Below the pieces are notes generated by a model that did no database searches, was not told where the DNA came from, and worked only from the letters and a program-made list of their open reading frames with translations. Source: Felis catus (Eukaryota). Taken from it: DNA of 64,000 nt. Positions 35,503 to 48,597 of this stretch are shown one piece after another. The position numbers and the translations under genes are program-made. The stretch is from the NCBI RefSeq assembly GCF_018350175.1, contig NC_058368.1, positions 226,612,001 to 226,676,000 of the forward strand. The letters are read 5' to 3'. How positions within the stretch are numbered: position 1 is the stretch's first letter; each line of letters starts with the position of its first letter.

Positions 35503-35731
35503 TTTTTTTTAATTTTTTAATTTTTTTTTAAACGTTTATTTATTTTTGAGACAGAGAGACAGAGCATGAACGGGGGAGGGGCAGAGAGAGAGGGAGACAC
35601 AGAATCCGAAACAGGCTCCAGGCTCTGAGCCATCAGCACAGAGCCCGACGTGGGGCTCGAACTCACGGACCGTGAGATCGTGACCTGAGTCGAAGTCGGA
35701 TGCTTAACCGACTGAACCACCCAGGCGCCCC
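35503..35731 (-). mobile_element. SINEC_Fc SINE
   Basis: Flanked by tggaaatttattt (35490-35502) and tggatatttattt (35732-35744). Confidence 0.95.
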
Positions 35732-35924
35732 TGGATATTTATTTCTAATGGAATGGCCCCGTTCCTGTAATGTTGCCTAGTAAGCACCGTCCCTTCCTTA
35801 CAGACGCCACTCAAATCTATGTTGGCCCAGAAGAGTCTTTACACAATGGCGATGTGTTGAGTGTGCAAAACAGAACTCGGAAAACTCACGCGGATTCCCA
35901 GTGACGACACAGAACACAGTAAGC

Positions 35925-36372
35925 TGTACTAGCTTCCTGTGGCCGCTGTTAACAAATTGCCGCTAACCACGTGGCCGAAAGTAACAGAAATTTCCTGCCT
36001 CACAGTCTTGGAGGCTGAAGGTCTGAAACCGAGGGATTCGGTCAATTCTCCAAGAGGAAGACCCTGCCCCATGCCTCTCTCCTAGCTTCCGCTGGTCGCT
36101 AGCAATCCTTGGCGCTCCTCAGCTTGCGGGACAAAACTCCAATCTCTGCCTCAGTCATCCTGTGGCCATCTTCCCTCCATGTGTCTCCGGGCCCCTTGTC
36201 ATCAAGGCACCAGCTACAAGGGTCCAGCCCACCCCAGTGTGCCCTCATCTTAACTGCTTACATCTGCACTGACCCGATTTCCAAATAAGGTCCCATTCTG
36301 ATGCTCCAGGAAGGACCGGAAGCAGAGGGGGGTGTGTGTGTGTGGAGGGAAAGGAGGGCCACTTTGCAACCC
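35925..36372 (-). mobile_element. MLT1B/C-like solo LTR
   Basis: 'tgtactagcttcctgtggccgctgttaacaaatt...ctcacagtcttggaggct...cctcatcttaact...tacatctgc...atttccaaataaggtcccattctg'. Confidence 0.85.
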
Positions 36373-36505
36373 GCTAGATTTTCCAACACCATTTTCTGAA
36401 GAACTGAACAGAAAGCAGAAAACCCCGCCCTGAGTCTCTCATACAAGAATTTACTCAAGTCCTATTGCCCGGCAATGTTGCTGCGGGTGCAAAAGATTAG
36501 CAAGC

Positions 36506-36623
36506 GGGGCACCTGGGTGGCTCAGGGGGTCAAGTGTCCGGCTTCAGCTCAGGTCATGATCTCACGGTTCGTGAGTTCGAGCCCCGCATCAGGCTCTGCC
36601 CTGACAGTGTGGTGCCTGCTTGA

Positions 36624-36660
<37 letters not shown>

Positions 36661-36734
36661 TCTCTGTCCCCACTCCACTTGCACTCATTCTCTCACTCTC
36701 TCTCTCTCTCTCTCTCTCAAAGTAAATACACTTT
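36506..36734 (+). mobile_element. SINEC SINE with expanded (CT)n
   Basis: TSD aaagattagcaag (36492-36504) / aaagatcagcaag (36735-36747). Confidence 0.93.
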
Positions 36735-37609
36735 AAAGATCAGCAAGTACGATTTAATGCATCCTGGAATGCAAGAAGCCCTAAAAGAAAGGGTCTCCCA
36801 GCTCGTGAAAAAGCAAGCGCTTAGCACACCATCACGGGGGGTTTTCAGTTGAAAAGGCCGGGCACTATTTCACTAAAGGCACCACCGCAGAGCCCGCTTC
36901 CCTGAGCCTCACAGCCACCTACGGGCCTTCAGGCAAGTCCACGAGACTTAACGCAGATGTCAGCCGACGGAGACACAGATGCCGCCTTCGCTGACAGATG
37001 GGGCCTCACAGCTGGGCTTCTGAGCAGGGTACCGAGAGGATCGGACCTCGGACAGGCTCAAGGGTACGTGCACCAGCACCAGAATTTCCATTGTGCTCTA
37101 AGTCGCCCAGAAGACGTTTTTTTTTTTACTAATGGCAGCATCACTGTCATTTGTACCAGTGATTTCGTCCAAAGACCACGGGCGGACTGCGTCTGCTTGA
37201 ACGTGACGCGCGAGGAAACAGGGGAGCTCCTTCTGAAGTTCAGCGCTGTTTCCACGTGATCTGGGCGCCGCCTTACAGCCACGTGATCATTTCCTGGCAT
37301 CCAGAGCCTCTGGTGCCAACAAATGCACCACCGCGTCTTCTAATTCCCCCTCTCACTCATTCACTCATCCAACAGGCCGCGTGCCAGGAGCCCGTCTGAG
37401 ACACCATTCCGTGATCAAGCATCTTGGTGGCAGAGGATCTTGAGAGCAGGAAAAGAACGGAGAAAACACCAGCTTTACCTTTCAGCGGAGAGTCTACTGA
37501 AGGAACAGGCAGCAACATCCTCTGAGTCTTTGTGGCTTTCTGTGGCTCAGCCCATCAAAAATTAGTAACAGGCCTTTGTACCCTATGGCCACTGATTGAT
37601 TTCAGAATT

Positions 37610-37839
37610 AAAAAAAAAAAACTTTTTGTAATGTTTATTTATTTTTGAGAGAGAGAGAGAGAGACAGAAGGCGAGTGGGTTAGGGGCAGAGAGAGAGGGA
37701 GACACAGAAGCAGAAAGCAGGCTCCAGGCTCTGAGCTGTCTCAGCACAGAGCCCGACGCGGGGCTCGAACTCACGAGCTGTGAGATCATCACCTGAGCCG
37801 AAGTCGGACGCTCAACCGACTGAGCCACCCAGGCGCCCC
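37610..37839 (-). mobile_element. SINEC_Fc-type SINE
   Basis: TSD tgatttcagaatt (37597-37609) / tgatgtcagaatt (37840-37852). Confidence 0.93.
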
Positions 37840-40739
37840 TGATGTCAGAATTTTTATACAAAGCACATTTATAAGTGTTTACCTTAATTATCACTGATGA
37901 TCAACGTAAATTGGTGGAAGTTCTGAATAATAAATTCTTAAAAGGCATTGATTCTCCTTTCATGCACAAGCAGTAAATCAACCAACAGTGAAAGAGAAAA
38001 ACGAGCTATCTATTTCAGAACTTAATCTTAATTAATATAATATAATCTTAGGATCTTATATGTTCCCCATTCCCCACTGGGCAAAATTCTATTATCAAAA
38101 TTCTGTATCAGTGGAACGAAAAAAGATCCAACCATCCCTACTTCGTAAACAGGATTATAACAAACAAGTTTCTCTTCCACAGGAGACACAGGCACCAAAC
38201 ACTGTTGGGAAAGCATTTAAATGGAGAAACTGGAATTCTCAGCTCAGATCCACATTCACTCCCTGACCAGCCAGGAGACCCTTGGTAAACTACTCAAGAC
38301 TTCTCAGTAACAATCCAGACCCACTGATTGGGGGAGAGGAAAATTGGAGAAGCTCATATTCAAGATCCCTTTTAGTTTTCAATTGCTACATTCTCCGTTT
38401 TCTCCACTTCCCCAGAATCCAAAAGTTACCAACTGTGTAGCAAACTACAAACTGCTTTACAACCATAAGCCAAGACACAAGAAGACCTAAAAATTAGTTA
38501 AAAGTTGAATGACAGAGACAGAGTGGTTAGCCAATTTCCTCCTTCTACTGAATTGAAATTATATAGAATCATACACATAATTATACACACACACATACAT
38601 ACATTCAAATATATATTTGTACACACATACGTTCAAGTCACCAACTCACAGCTGGATTATTTCACTGCTGTGTCTTCTTGGGTATGCGACCTCTGAGCCT
38701 GCCTGTCCAGTGTGGTGATCTTAGTCCCCAAATGAGAATCTTGATTATATTACCTGCCAGGCTCCCAAGAGTATCGTTATTCTCCTCCTATGTCTCTTCC
38801 ACTTCCCTTGGGTTGGGAGAAGTTTTCTTTAGAACCACAGTGGGACGCTACAATCCTATTCCATAGGAGTTGAAGTGCTTATCCTTGCCAGTAGGCAACT
38901 CTGAGCACGGGGCATCTCCAAGAAAGTATGAATGGCAACAAGAGAGTGTCTCACAGACAGCCAAAATCCTTCTAAGTCCTGACTCGAGGGAAGGAGAGGC
39001 TAAACCAGTACCCCGAGCGCAGTGATCACCCCACCCCTCAATCCATTCCATCCCCTTGACTTTATGTAGCTGTCTCACAGTTGGGTGATAGTGACGTTAC
39101 TTCTAGCTCCAGCAGGGAGCTCTGCCTGTCCTAACTCAATCAACATGAACCTGTCCTCACTGCACAATGATTAACTGGGCAGAAAATGAGGGGCCATTGA
39201 ATGGCCGAAACTTTCCAACAATAGCGACAAGATGCTCTCTCTCTCCCTTTCTGGATGGAAGACCAGGAGTTGTGCGCAGCCATACTGCATTGAAAAGGAC
39301 AGTCCACCTGGGCGTAAAGATACACGCGGCAGAACAAACACAGAAGGCAGTTAGGTTAAGCCTATCGCTAAGGTATTACCGATTGTAAACCGTCCTGATG
39401 CCTGCTCCACTGCTAGAATTCTGTTGCACGAGTCAGCGAGGAACAAAGGAGAAGTTCTGTGTGCTGCACCTCGCGGTGAACATTGAAACTGCAGACGTGT
39501 TATGCTTACACATACGACTTGCAAAGAAAAACATTGCATCGTAAAGCTAAGACACTTGTTTTCCATGTGCAAGCAGCACTTTCTTTCTTTAGAAACTGAC
39601 TCCGTGAAAGGCTGAATAAGTACCCAGCAGTAATTTTAATAGTGATGAATTGTAAGATTTTAAACAGGCACAACCAAGTAAAATAAGAAGCAGTATATGC
39701 AGCCACATGATAAAATCTGATAAGGTTTTCCAGACCTGGGAAATAGTTTAATTTTCTCTGGGCGATGAACAGATGATTTGGTAGGTCTTTCTTCTTTTAA
39801 CAACCTTAATTCAGCTTCCACCTATAATCTATGTGGTATTTTTCAAAGCGTTATGCATTAACAAAAAAAAAAAATCACTCTCCCTAAATTTTGCATTTAT
39901 GGCCCTTTTATCATATAAATTGTGGTTATAACCTAACTTGAGGCTTGCAGGGGCCACTGAAGGGAAAGGTCTGGCTTCTATAAAATGAGATACATTAAGC
40001 AAAATAAATCTTGCCTGAAACTGAAATAGTTCTTGAATATAGTAACTTAGGAGCTAATCTCTCCTTTCTTTTAAAAATATAATAACTTTGCCTTTTGGCC
40101 AAAATAGATATACTCCACCAAGAGCTGTGGCTTGTTTCTCCATTCTCTTTCTTGGTGTGCTGATACTTGGTTGATAGCTGGAACATTTCCTAGAATTCTT
40201 TTCCCAAACTCGTCTAGCACAAAGTCATCGCTTCATCCATGAAAGTGATGGCATTCTGACCATCCAATCTAGTCTGAAGGGAGAATAAGGCTCAGGGATT
40301 TAAGGTTTCAATCTATTCATCAATGTCTCCCTCTACACTCTGCCTTCATTCACCTTCTTGTAAATCTTACACTCATCCTAAAAAGCAAGCTACATTTGAT
40401 GAGCACATTTTGTGAAACCCAGAGAGGAATTCTGAATATGTTTATGCCATGCGTATGTTCATGAAGACTTCGTTGGAATGCAATTTACAGGGCTTAAAGT
40501 CACTGAAATAAAAAGTAAGAATTTCAGGGATTTGTGACGGTATTTTTTGCTCCGTGTGATACCATCTAGGAAAATGTTTTCAGATGCATGATTTGCAACA
40601 GGCAGAATAATCTTGCCTGCCTCGAGATTTACAGATTCTTTATAAAAGAGGAGATGGAATTAAATATTCCGGCCCTGTTTTCCCTCCTGGCCTCACTACT
40701 GATTCTTCCCCATCTTTTCAAGATGTTACCAACATAGAC

Positions 40740-40990
40740 GCTGATCCTCAAACCATCTGATCATGTCGTCAGCCCAGTTTAAAACTCCCTAACAGTTTCC
40801 TATTGGGTTCTGGCTTAAGCCCAAACTCCCTACAGTGGCCCACGAGCCTCTGTGTAATAAATAGTCACTGCCTGTCCTCCTCTCAGAAGCCACCCCGAGG
40901 ATCCCCAGAGGTCTCTGTCTATTGCGATCACTGCCATCCACAGTCCCAGGCGCTTGGAGATATTCAATATATAGCTGTTGAATGAACTAG
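40740..40990 (+). mobile_element. L2 fragments
   Basis: 'atctgatcatgtc...tttaaaactccctaacagtttcctattg...aagcccaaactccctacagtggcccacgag' and 'tgttgaatgaa'. Confidence 0.65.
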
Positions 40991-41280
40991 GTAATACTAC
41001 TATAAACACAGCCTTTCCCTTTTAGATTTACTCAAATTACAAAATTAACAAGCTTTTTCAATACAAAGAATCTTCACCTACAGAGAAATAAAAAATTCAT
41101 GTAGATCAATGTGAAACAGACAAACGAGTTTGGATATTGATCACAGAAAGGAAAGGCCACTGACATCTCTTTAAGTTCCTAGAAAAACTGCTTAAAGTAG
41201 TTTATTGCCAAGTAGAAATCGAACAGGGGCTAAGAGAAAATAAACTAATGAGAACAGATCAGAAAATAAATTAGTTGTTT

Positions 41281-41447
41281 GGGCGCCTGGGTGGCTCAAT
41301 TGTTTGAGCGTCCGACTCTTGATTTCAGCTCAGGTCGTGATCACAAGGGCATGGGATAGAGCCCCACATCAGGATCTGCACTGGGCACAGAGCCTGCTTA
41401 AGGCTCTGCTCCCCCCCCCTGTTTGCGCCCTCTCTCTACATACAAAT
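41281..41447 (+). mobile_element. Older SINEC SINE
   Basis: gggcgcctgggtggctca head; TSD aaataaattagttg at 41264-41277 and 41448-41461. Confidence 0.88.
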
Positions 41448-41639
41448 AAATAAATTAGTTGGAGGTAAAGGAGGAGGATGCTGGTGACCAGCCTAGCCCA
41501 TTAATACCATACAAAGGGTACACCCATTAGGTCAGGATGATACAGACAGGACAGAAATACCAATGTAACAAAACAGGAGCCCAGAGGTAATTCACTTCTA
41601 AATGGTGAAGGCAGAAACGTAACACAAACAAATCGGTGG

Positions 41640-42490
41640 AGAAGGGAAGAATTCCCTGAGATAGCCAGGTATCCATTGTTCAAAAAATCATATCCTCGTC
41701 CTCCTCAAAAATAAAGTATAACAGTCAAAATAGATCAACTTTTATTTTTTTTTTAATTTTTTTTCAACGTTTATTTATTTTTTTGGGACAGAGAGAGACA
41801 GAGCATGAATGGGGGAGGGGCAGAGAGAGAGGGAGACACAGAATCGGAAACAGGCTCCAGGCTCCGAGCCATCAGCCCAGAGCCTGACGCGGGGCTCGAA
41901 CTCACGGACCGCGAGATCGTGACCTGGCTGAAGTCGGACGCTTAACCGACTGCGCCACCCAGGCGCCCCAAAATAGATCAACTTTTATAAAAATAAGCAA
42001 ACATTTATCAAATTTCTAGAAGGCAGAAGCCTACTAACCTAAAAGCTAACATAAGAAAGTGCAAAAGAAATTATCAAGAGATTCAACCTTAGACAAATTT
42101 TGAACTTCCGCACGTCAAAAATCAACAAACAGTAACATATATAATTGAAGTCAAACAGTCGGTTAGGGGGAAAAAAATCACAAGGGGCAAATGTCTTTAT
42201 TGTTCAAGGAACTCACGGGAATCACTCAAAAAAACAGTAAGACAAACACACAAATCAGGAAAGAACACCAGGCGATTCCCCAGAGGAAAAAAACACACAT
42301 GGTAAAACAGAATGTGAAACAGAGTTTAACGCACTGATAGAAACAAAGCAAACAGAGTGTTTGTTTTCATGAGAATATCCATTGCGCTGCTACAAGAAAA
42401 AATACATACAAGTACTTTAAAGCGTCCGGCCACATGCACATCAAAAGCCTTGATATGGTTTAAGCCCTTTAACCCAGAAATTCCACTTGT
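41640..42490 (+). mobile_element. Degenerate L1M ORF2 remnant (interrupted by a SINE)
   Basis: A-rich, with L1-like motifs 'gatagccaggtatccat' and 'ccctttaacccagaaattccactt'. Confidence 0.55.
41746..41969 (-). mobile_element. Young SINEC_Fc SINE with 19-bp TSD
   Basis: TSD aaaatagatcaacttttat at 41727-41745 and 41970-41988. Confidence 0.97.
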
Positions 42491-42564
42491 CCTTCAATTA
42501 ACATGGGAGCCTGCTACTTCCTTACCTAATGTATTCTTGAATTTGTCTTTAAAAGTAAACTATG

Positions 42565-42792
42565 GGGGCGCCTGGGTGGCTCAGTCGGTTGAGCGTCCGA
42601 CTTCCGCTCAGGTCACGATCTCACGGTCCATGAGTTGGAGCCCCGCATCGGGCTCTGGGCTGATGGCTCAGAGCCTGGAGCCTGCTTCCGATTCTGTGTC
42701 TCCCTCTCTCTCTGCCCCTCCCTCGTTCATGCTCTGTCTCTCTCTGTCTCAAAAATAAATAAATGTTAAAAAAAAAAATTAAAAAAAAAAAC
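42565..42792 (+). mobile_element. SINEC_Fc SINE with 18-bp TSD
   Basis: TSD ctttaaaagtaaactatg at 42547-42564 and 42793-42810. Confidence 0.97.
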
Positions 42793-42843
42793 CTTTAAAA
42801 GTAAACTATGCAGGTCAAGTAGCTGACCATGTTGTTTAAGGGG

Positions 42844-43016
42844 CAGGACGGGCTACATGATTTATGGGCCCCAGAGCAAAATGAAAATGTGTAGCCCTTA
42901 CTAAAATGTGATTAGGAATTTCAAGGGATTTCAAGAGCATCAAATAAGCATGGGACTCTTTTGAACACAGGGCTCTGTGTGACCACAAAGGTAGAAAATC
43001 CACGGATCTGGCCCTG
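42844..43016 (-). mobile_element. hAT-Tip100 MER45A-like MITE
   Basis: CAGG...CCCTG termini, 'ggctacatgatttatgggccccagagcaaaatgaaaatg'; remnant 8-bp TSD ttaagggg / ctaggggg (6/8 match). Confidence 0.85.
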
Positions 43017-44239
43017 CTAGGGGGTGTTCTGTATCCAGACTGCTGGGGAAGAAAAGGAAATTTCTTATTGTGGTCCATCCTGGCACTACCCTTCTGATCC
43101 TGCTCAGCGGAGGAGAGGCTTGGGGGGTGGATTAGGGAGAGAGCTGTCTGTTAAGAGGAAGGGTCCTCTTCTCTGAGGAAAGCAAAAAGTAGGTCCTGGA
43201 GATGATGCACCTGAGCAGACATGATGCCAAAGCCTAGGCCATTTATAAGGCAGCCCCCAGCAGTGTCTTCTCATCATGGAACTTAGTCGACATCCAGAAC
43301 AGGCACCCAGTCTCTCTTCCTTCCCCCTGGGCTGCAACAGAAGTCAGACAGTGAGCCTGACCGGCATGGCTCACACCCAGCCCAGCCCTCTCCTGCCAAG
43401 GGACACCAGGCCAGGAGATACCAGAGTGCCACCACCCCTAGAGACTGGTTCACCTGGTGTCTCTCAAATCAAGCAGCGCCATGGGAAAGGGATAGGAGGT
43501 CACGGATAATTATCAAGTCTGCTTGTATGTCACTAGAGAAATTCAGCACGCAAAAGGTGCTTTAGGAACAGCAACGTATACAAATTGGGGAGTGTTTGAA
43601 AGTGGCCATTCATCTTCATTTTAGTGTGGGGAGAACATATGCTAAGATGCCGAAGTGGAGAATTAACATCTACTCCTGAATAATTAGAAACAAAAGAAAC
43701 TCTCTCTGCCGCAAAAACACATACCCACAGAGATCTTCGTATCATACAAAAGTAAACTCTACCATAATATGCCTACCTGAAAGCTTTACTTTCAAATGCT
43801 TTTTTCTCAGTTATTTCGAGAGCGAGCCTTAGCCCAGTTTTGGCATGACCCGACATTCTGATACAGCACGTTGCACGCTGTTGAGACGAGAGTTCTCACT
43901 CTTGTAGACGAGAGCACTTCATCCTAATCCCAAATGTGTGTTTGAATAAACCGCATAAAATCCCTGAGCCTCCATTTTTTCTTATGTCAGGTGAGAAGAT
44001 GAGGGCTCAGAAGTTCCCCGACCTCTCCCAGCAGCCAACCCCTATCGAGTACGTACCGCAATCTTCTTATTCCACCGCATGAGATAAGACCTATGTTACC
44101 ACCCCTTATGCCCATACAAGGAAATTAAGGCATAGGCTGTGCAACATTCCCAGAGCTCGTAAAGGAAAGCACCAGGCATTAGACGCCCTGATCACCACAT
44201 GACATCATGTGAATTTTTATTAGAGCCTTGTAGGGAAAA

Positions 44240-44450
44240 GCCCAAATGCTGGGACCAGCACACTTAGATTTGAATTCTTTTGTCACTTATCACCTCTTTG
44301 ACTTTGGAAAGATAGTGAACTGTTGCAGCATCCTGGTTTAGAAAGCGGGGTCCCGGAGTGGTGGGTGTGCTGTGAATTAACACACGTAAAGCACCTAGTT
44401 TGATGCCTGCCCCTAGCAAGCACTCGGTAAGTGTTCCTTATTAATACTGT
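44240..44450 (+). mobile_element. MIR fragment
   Basis: 'gatttgaattc...tcacttatcacctctttgactttgg...cacgtaaagcacctag...tgcctgcccctagcaagcactcggtaagtgtt'. Confidence 0.65.
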
Positions 44451-46382
44451 GCCGAAAGCATGGATTAATACAGTTGTCTGACACTTCAAAATTAAGACCC
44501 TAGATCAGCCCTTTAATCTGAGCAATTTATTCCAGATTAATAATCAGGTTAAAGAATTCCAACCAGGGCTCTCTTTGCCACTGGTTCTTCTATCGCTGTG
44601 CTGGTCAATCCGGTCGGCCTGTAATTTCCCAAACTCACTATATGCAGGGCCGCCTTGCGCCCCATTCCAACTTCTCCGGTAGCTTAGAGTGACATCTCTT
44701 TCTCTCCTAAATATGACCCTAATCCATTGCCAACTCTTCCACAAACAGCCTCCTGTGGGTCTCCGGGACCCCACCCCACTTGGAATTTTGGCGTCATTTA
44801 CAGTCATTTGGCTCTTACAATTGTAATAATCACAACTGACATTTATAGCTGTTGTGGGAATATACTGATTTGTTTTTATGTATATCTCCCCGCTGCACTG
44901 GCATTCCTAGCTTTTTACGTGCCCCGGGATCACGGCCTCTCATACACTGCGGCTGGCAAAAGGGTCACACCGTGGAGCCCTCAAGAGAAGGTCACTGCTG
45001 ACAGCAGGGCTCCACAGAATGGGGCAGGGGATGACAAATCCTCAGTGGACTTCATTTCGTGCGCAGGTATATTTTGTCAATCTAAAGAATGACGAGATTC
45101 TTTGACAGGGTGCATAGATCCACCTAGGAGAATAACAAAGCAACTAAAGTTAGCAATGGGGACGGACGCAGAGCATTTAGGGAGAAACACAGCATTTCCA
45201 TCGCCATCGAGAACTTTCATAATACGCAAACGCAAACGAGAGGGTTGGCTTGGGCAGCTTCTTCGGCAGCCCCTGGAACACAGCGTGCCACAAATACAGC
45301 TTATTATGGAAAGGTCGGTCTAAATTTCTAGGAACCTGAATTCTGGAACATGTCCCAGGCCACCTGTGAGTCTCTACTGTGGACCTGCCCCTTCTCTAGA
45401 ATCAGTTTTCCTGGTTCCTGAAGCCCAACTTCAGCTTCCTGATCCAAGGCAAAGCCCACGGGCTCTCTTTCCTCTACGGCCCCTGCGTGAGCTGGAAATA
45501 GGAACGCCTGCTCCTGCTCTTAAGCGTCAGGAACTTAGCCTGTCTGGGGGGTGGCCAATGAGGACGCCCATCCCCCCAAATCTACCTCCTTCACCGAGTA
45601 AGGAATAGACACACCGCTTCAAAGAGCCATTATGTTTACTGGCTTAGACCGCCCAAGATCAGAAGAGATACACTCCTAACCTTCTCAACTGTCAGCTTTT
45701 CAAATGCCTTGCCAAATGCTTGACCTCTTTGACCCACCACATGTCCCTTCTTCCTCCACAATGAAAAGCCTGGACAACCAGGACATGAAATCCCCTGCCA
45801 GCCACCTCAGCCTCACGGTATTTACTTTCATCCCGTGGTGCAGAGGTGGACACAAATGCGGTAAAACCGATCTGATTAGTATCGCTAAGATCAACTCCCT
45901 CCACAGGTAAATATGAGGTGTCTAATGCATATAAAACATAATATGAGTTTTGGACAAAATAATGTAGCATTAAGGAAAGAACTGAGTAGACTAAATTTTT
46001 GATATTAGGCTACATCGTAAGAAACTGCCATTTTTGTGGGTAAAAAAAATGTCAAGATCAACCATTTCACATGTTCAACCTAATTACAAACACTTATTTG
46101 GGACAGCACTCTAAAGTTGGTGATGAATATGAAGTACAAAGAAAATGTCATTGGATGGTACCCACAATGGAATACTCACTTCTACCGAACCTTCTCGTGA
46201 GTTACTAATGAACACAGAGAAGTAACATTCAGCATAAAGTGAGACAATCCACAAACTTCCACTAAAAAGGATGGAAATTATTTGTTGCACTAATAAAACA
46301 AATAAACAACAATAACCACGAAACCTGCACATTGTTATTTCCATCTCTTATGCTATTTAACTTCTTACAAAACTCTTGGGAA

Positions 46383-46602
46383 GGGGCGCCTGGGTGGCGC
46401 AGTCGGTTAAGCGTCCGACTTCAGCCAGGTCACGATCTCGCGGTCCGTGAGTTCGAGCCCCGCGTCAGGCTCTGGGCTGATGGCTCAGAGCCTGGAGCCT
46501 GTTTCCGATTCTGTGTCTCCCTCTCTCTCTGCCCCTCCCCCGTTCATGCTCTGTCTCTCTCTGTCCCAAAAATAAATAAACGTTGAAAAAAAAAAATTAA
46601 AA
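46383..46602 (+). mobile_element. Young, near-consensus SINEC_Fc SINE
   Basis: CpG-rich body; TSD aaaactcttgggaa at 46369-46382 and 46603-46616. Confidence 0.97.
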
Positions 46603-47312
46603 AAAACTCTTGGGAAGATCAGCGTATTAATTTCTTATCTAATATCTTCGCACCAGAAAACTTAATGAGAATTCCATACTGAGCAGAGGAAGACTAAGGT
46701 CTGCTTACTTCCAAAGAAGAGGCCAGTGACAGAGAATCTGGAGGAGGTGAGAAAAGAGAAGGCCACATGAGGGAACAGAATGATAAACAAATGTTAGGCA
46801 GTGCAGCGGACTGGCCTTCGGTCCATTGCTTTTCATTTTAAAGGCTCTAAAATTTCAAATGTTTGCAAGGACAATTGTTCTACAAGGAGAACAGTGTTAC
46901 TTCCCATCCTTAAGTACTTCCTAGCCTCCAACCAAATCATAATCATGCAGAGGCGTTATTTGGATGGCACTTCCCTTGGGTTTGAATATGCATATTTTAC
47001 TTACCCTAGAATCCGTCATTCATCAGCGCTTTTTTTTTTTTCATTTTAAAATATGAACAAAAGTTTGGCTCTAGGCTAAAATGTGAGGTAGGTGAGCATA
47101 GGATCAGTTGTAAACTTCTCCAGATAACGAAAATAATCCCTCACTAATAAAATTTCTTTTCCCTTTATGTGGCCTGAGCAGAGCTAAACGTTAGGAGTGG
47201 AATTTCAGTTTTTAATCTATGTAGAAAACAAAACACAAACACTAACGGCTTGAACTAGATGTGTAGACAAACATTCTCCTCTCTGCGGTGATGGGGGTAG
47301 CCAAACCAATTA

Positions 47313-47786
47313 CAGTGGTCCCCCCTTTATATGCAGGAAATATGTTCCAAGTCCCCAGTGGATGCCTGAGGACCAAACCCTATATTCACACTGTGTTTTT
47401 TTTCTGTATATACTTACCTATGATAAAGTTTAATTTATAAGTAGGCACAGTAAGAGATTCACAACAATAACTCATAATAAAATAGAACAATTAAAACAAT
47501 AAGCTGTAATAAAAGTTATGTAAATGTGCTCCTTCTCTCTCTCTCTGTCTCTGTCTCTCTCCCTCTCTCAAAATATCTTACTGTGCGGTATTACCTTTCT
47601 TGTGAGAACATGAGATGATAACATGCCTCTGTAATAAGATGAAACGACTTGAATGACGTAGGCACTGTGATGTAAAGTTAGGCTACTGTTGACCTTCAGA
47701 TGACTCGTCAGAAGAAAGATCATCTGCTTCCAGACCGACATTGACCATGGGCAACTGAAAATGTGGATGGGGAGCGAGGGAAACTG
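47313..47786 (+). mobile_element. TcMar-Tigger MER44 (Tigger7-derived) element
   Basis: ta|cagtggtccccc start; 'ttccaagtccccagtggatgcctga', 'cctatgataaagtttaatttataa', 'taggcacagtaagagatt'. Confidence 0.85.
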
Positions 47787-48597
47787 AGGTACCACAAAAC
47801 ACACCAGCAGCCTAGGACACAGCATTACCACAAAGCTTTCAGGGGTATCCACATTTTAAGTGGAGACTGAATTTAAATAGACCAATAGTGTGGATTTCAG
47901 GCATTCCAAACAGAGGAGGAAAGGTTATCTGAGATGATGTCAGGTAGTCAACTAGGGACTTTACATAATAATCCAATTTGATCTTCACGAGAAGCTTACG
48001 AACTGAGCCTCATTATTTCCATATTCAAGGAAAGAGAATTAGATCTCACGCACAGAAGTTGAGCTTTTGCCCCGGTTCCCAGTGCGACTCTATCCCAGAG
48101 CAGAAATGGGTCCATCTGACTCCAAAACTCTTCTCCATTATCCTGCGCCAGCATAAATGAAGTGGGTCACCACCAAATTTGGAGGTAGAGAATATCAAAT
48201 TGGACTAGATGACAAAAACCAAGACGACCTGGATTCCAGGCTAAGTTCTAGAATTTTCTAGCTAAAGGACTTAAGTTTTCTGAGCTCCAAAGAGCACAGA
48301 GATAGTAGGTGTTCAATGCACACTGGTTGAGCCCAAAGATATGCCTTCTACGAGCCTCTGATATGCCTTCCGTGCAGTGGCCTTCAAGGAACCCTTACAC
48401 CACACCAGGCAGAGGGCTAAATATGGGGCCATAAATGTCAAGACTCACATCACAAGATCTGGGGTGAAGAAGACTGATGTCATTGAGCTCTTGGACCTGC
48501 CAAGTGAGAGAGAAAACTGGAAGCTGACACTTCCCAAGTCAAGCCTGGTCTATTCCTAAGCCTTCCCCCTTTGCCCTATCCCTTAACAAGGACATTA

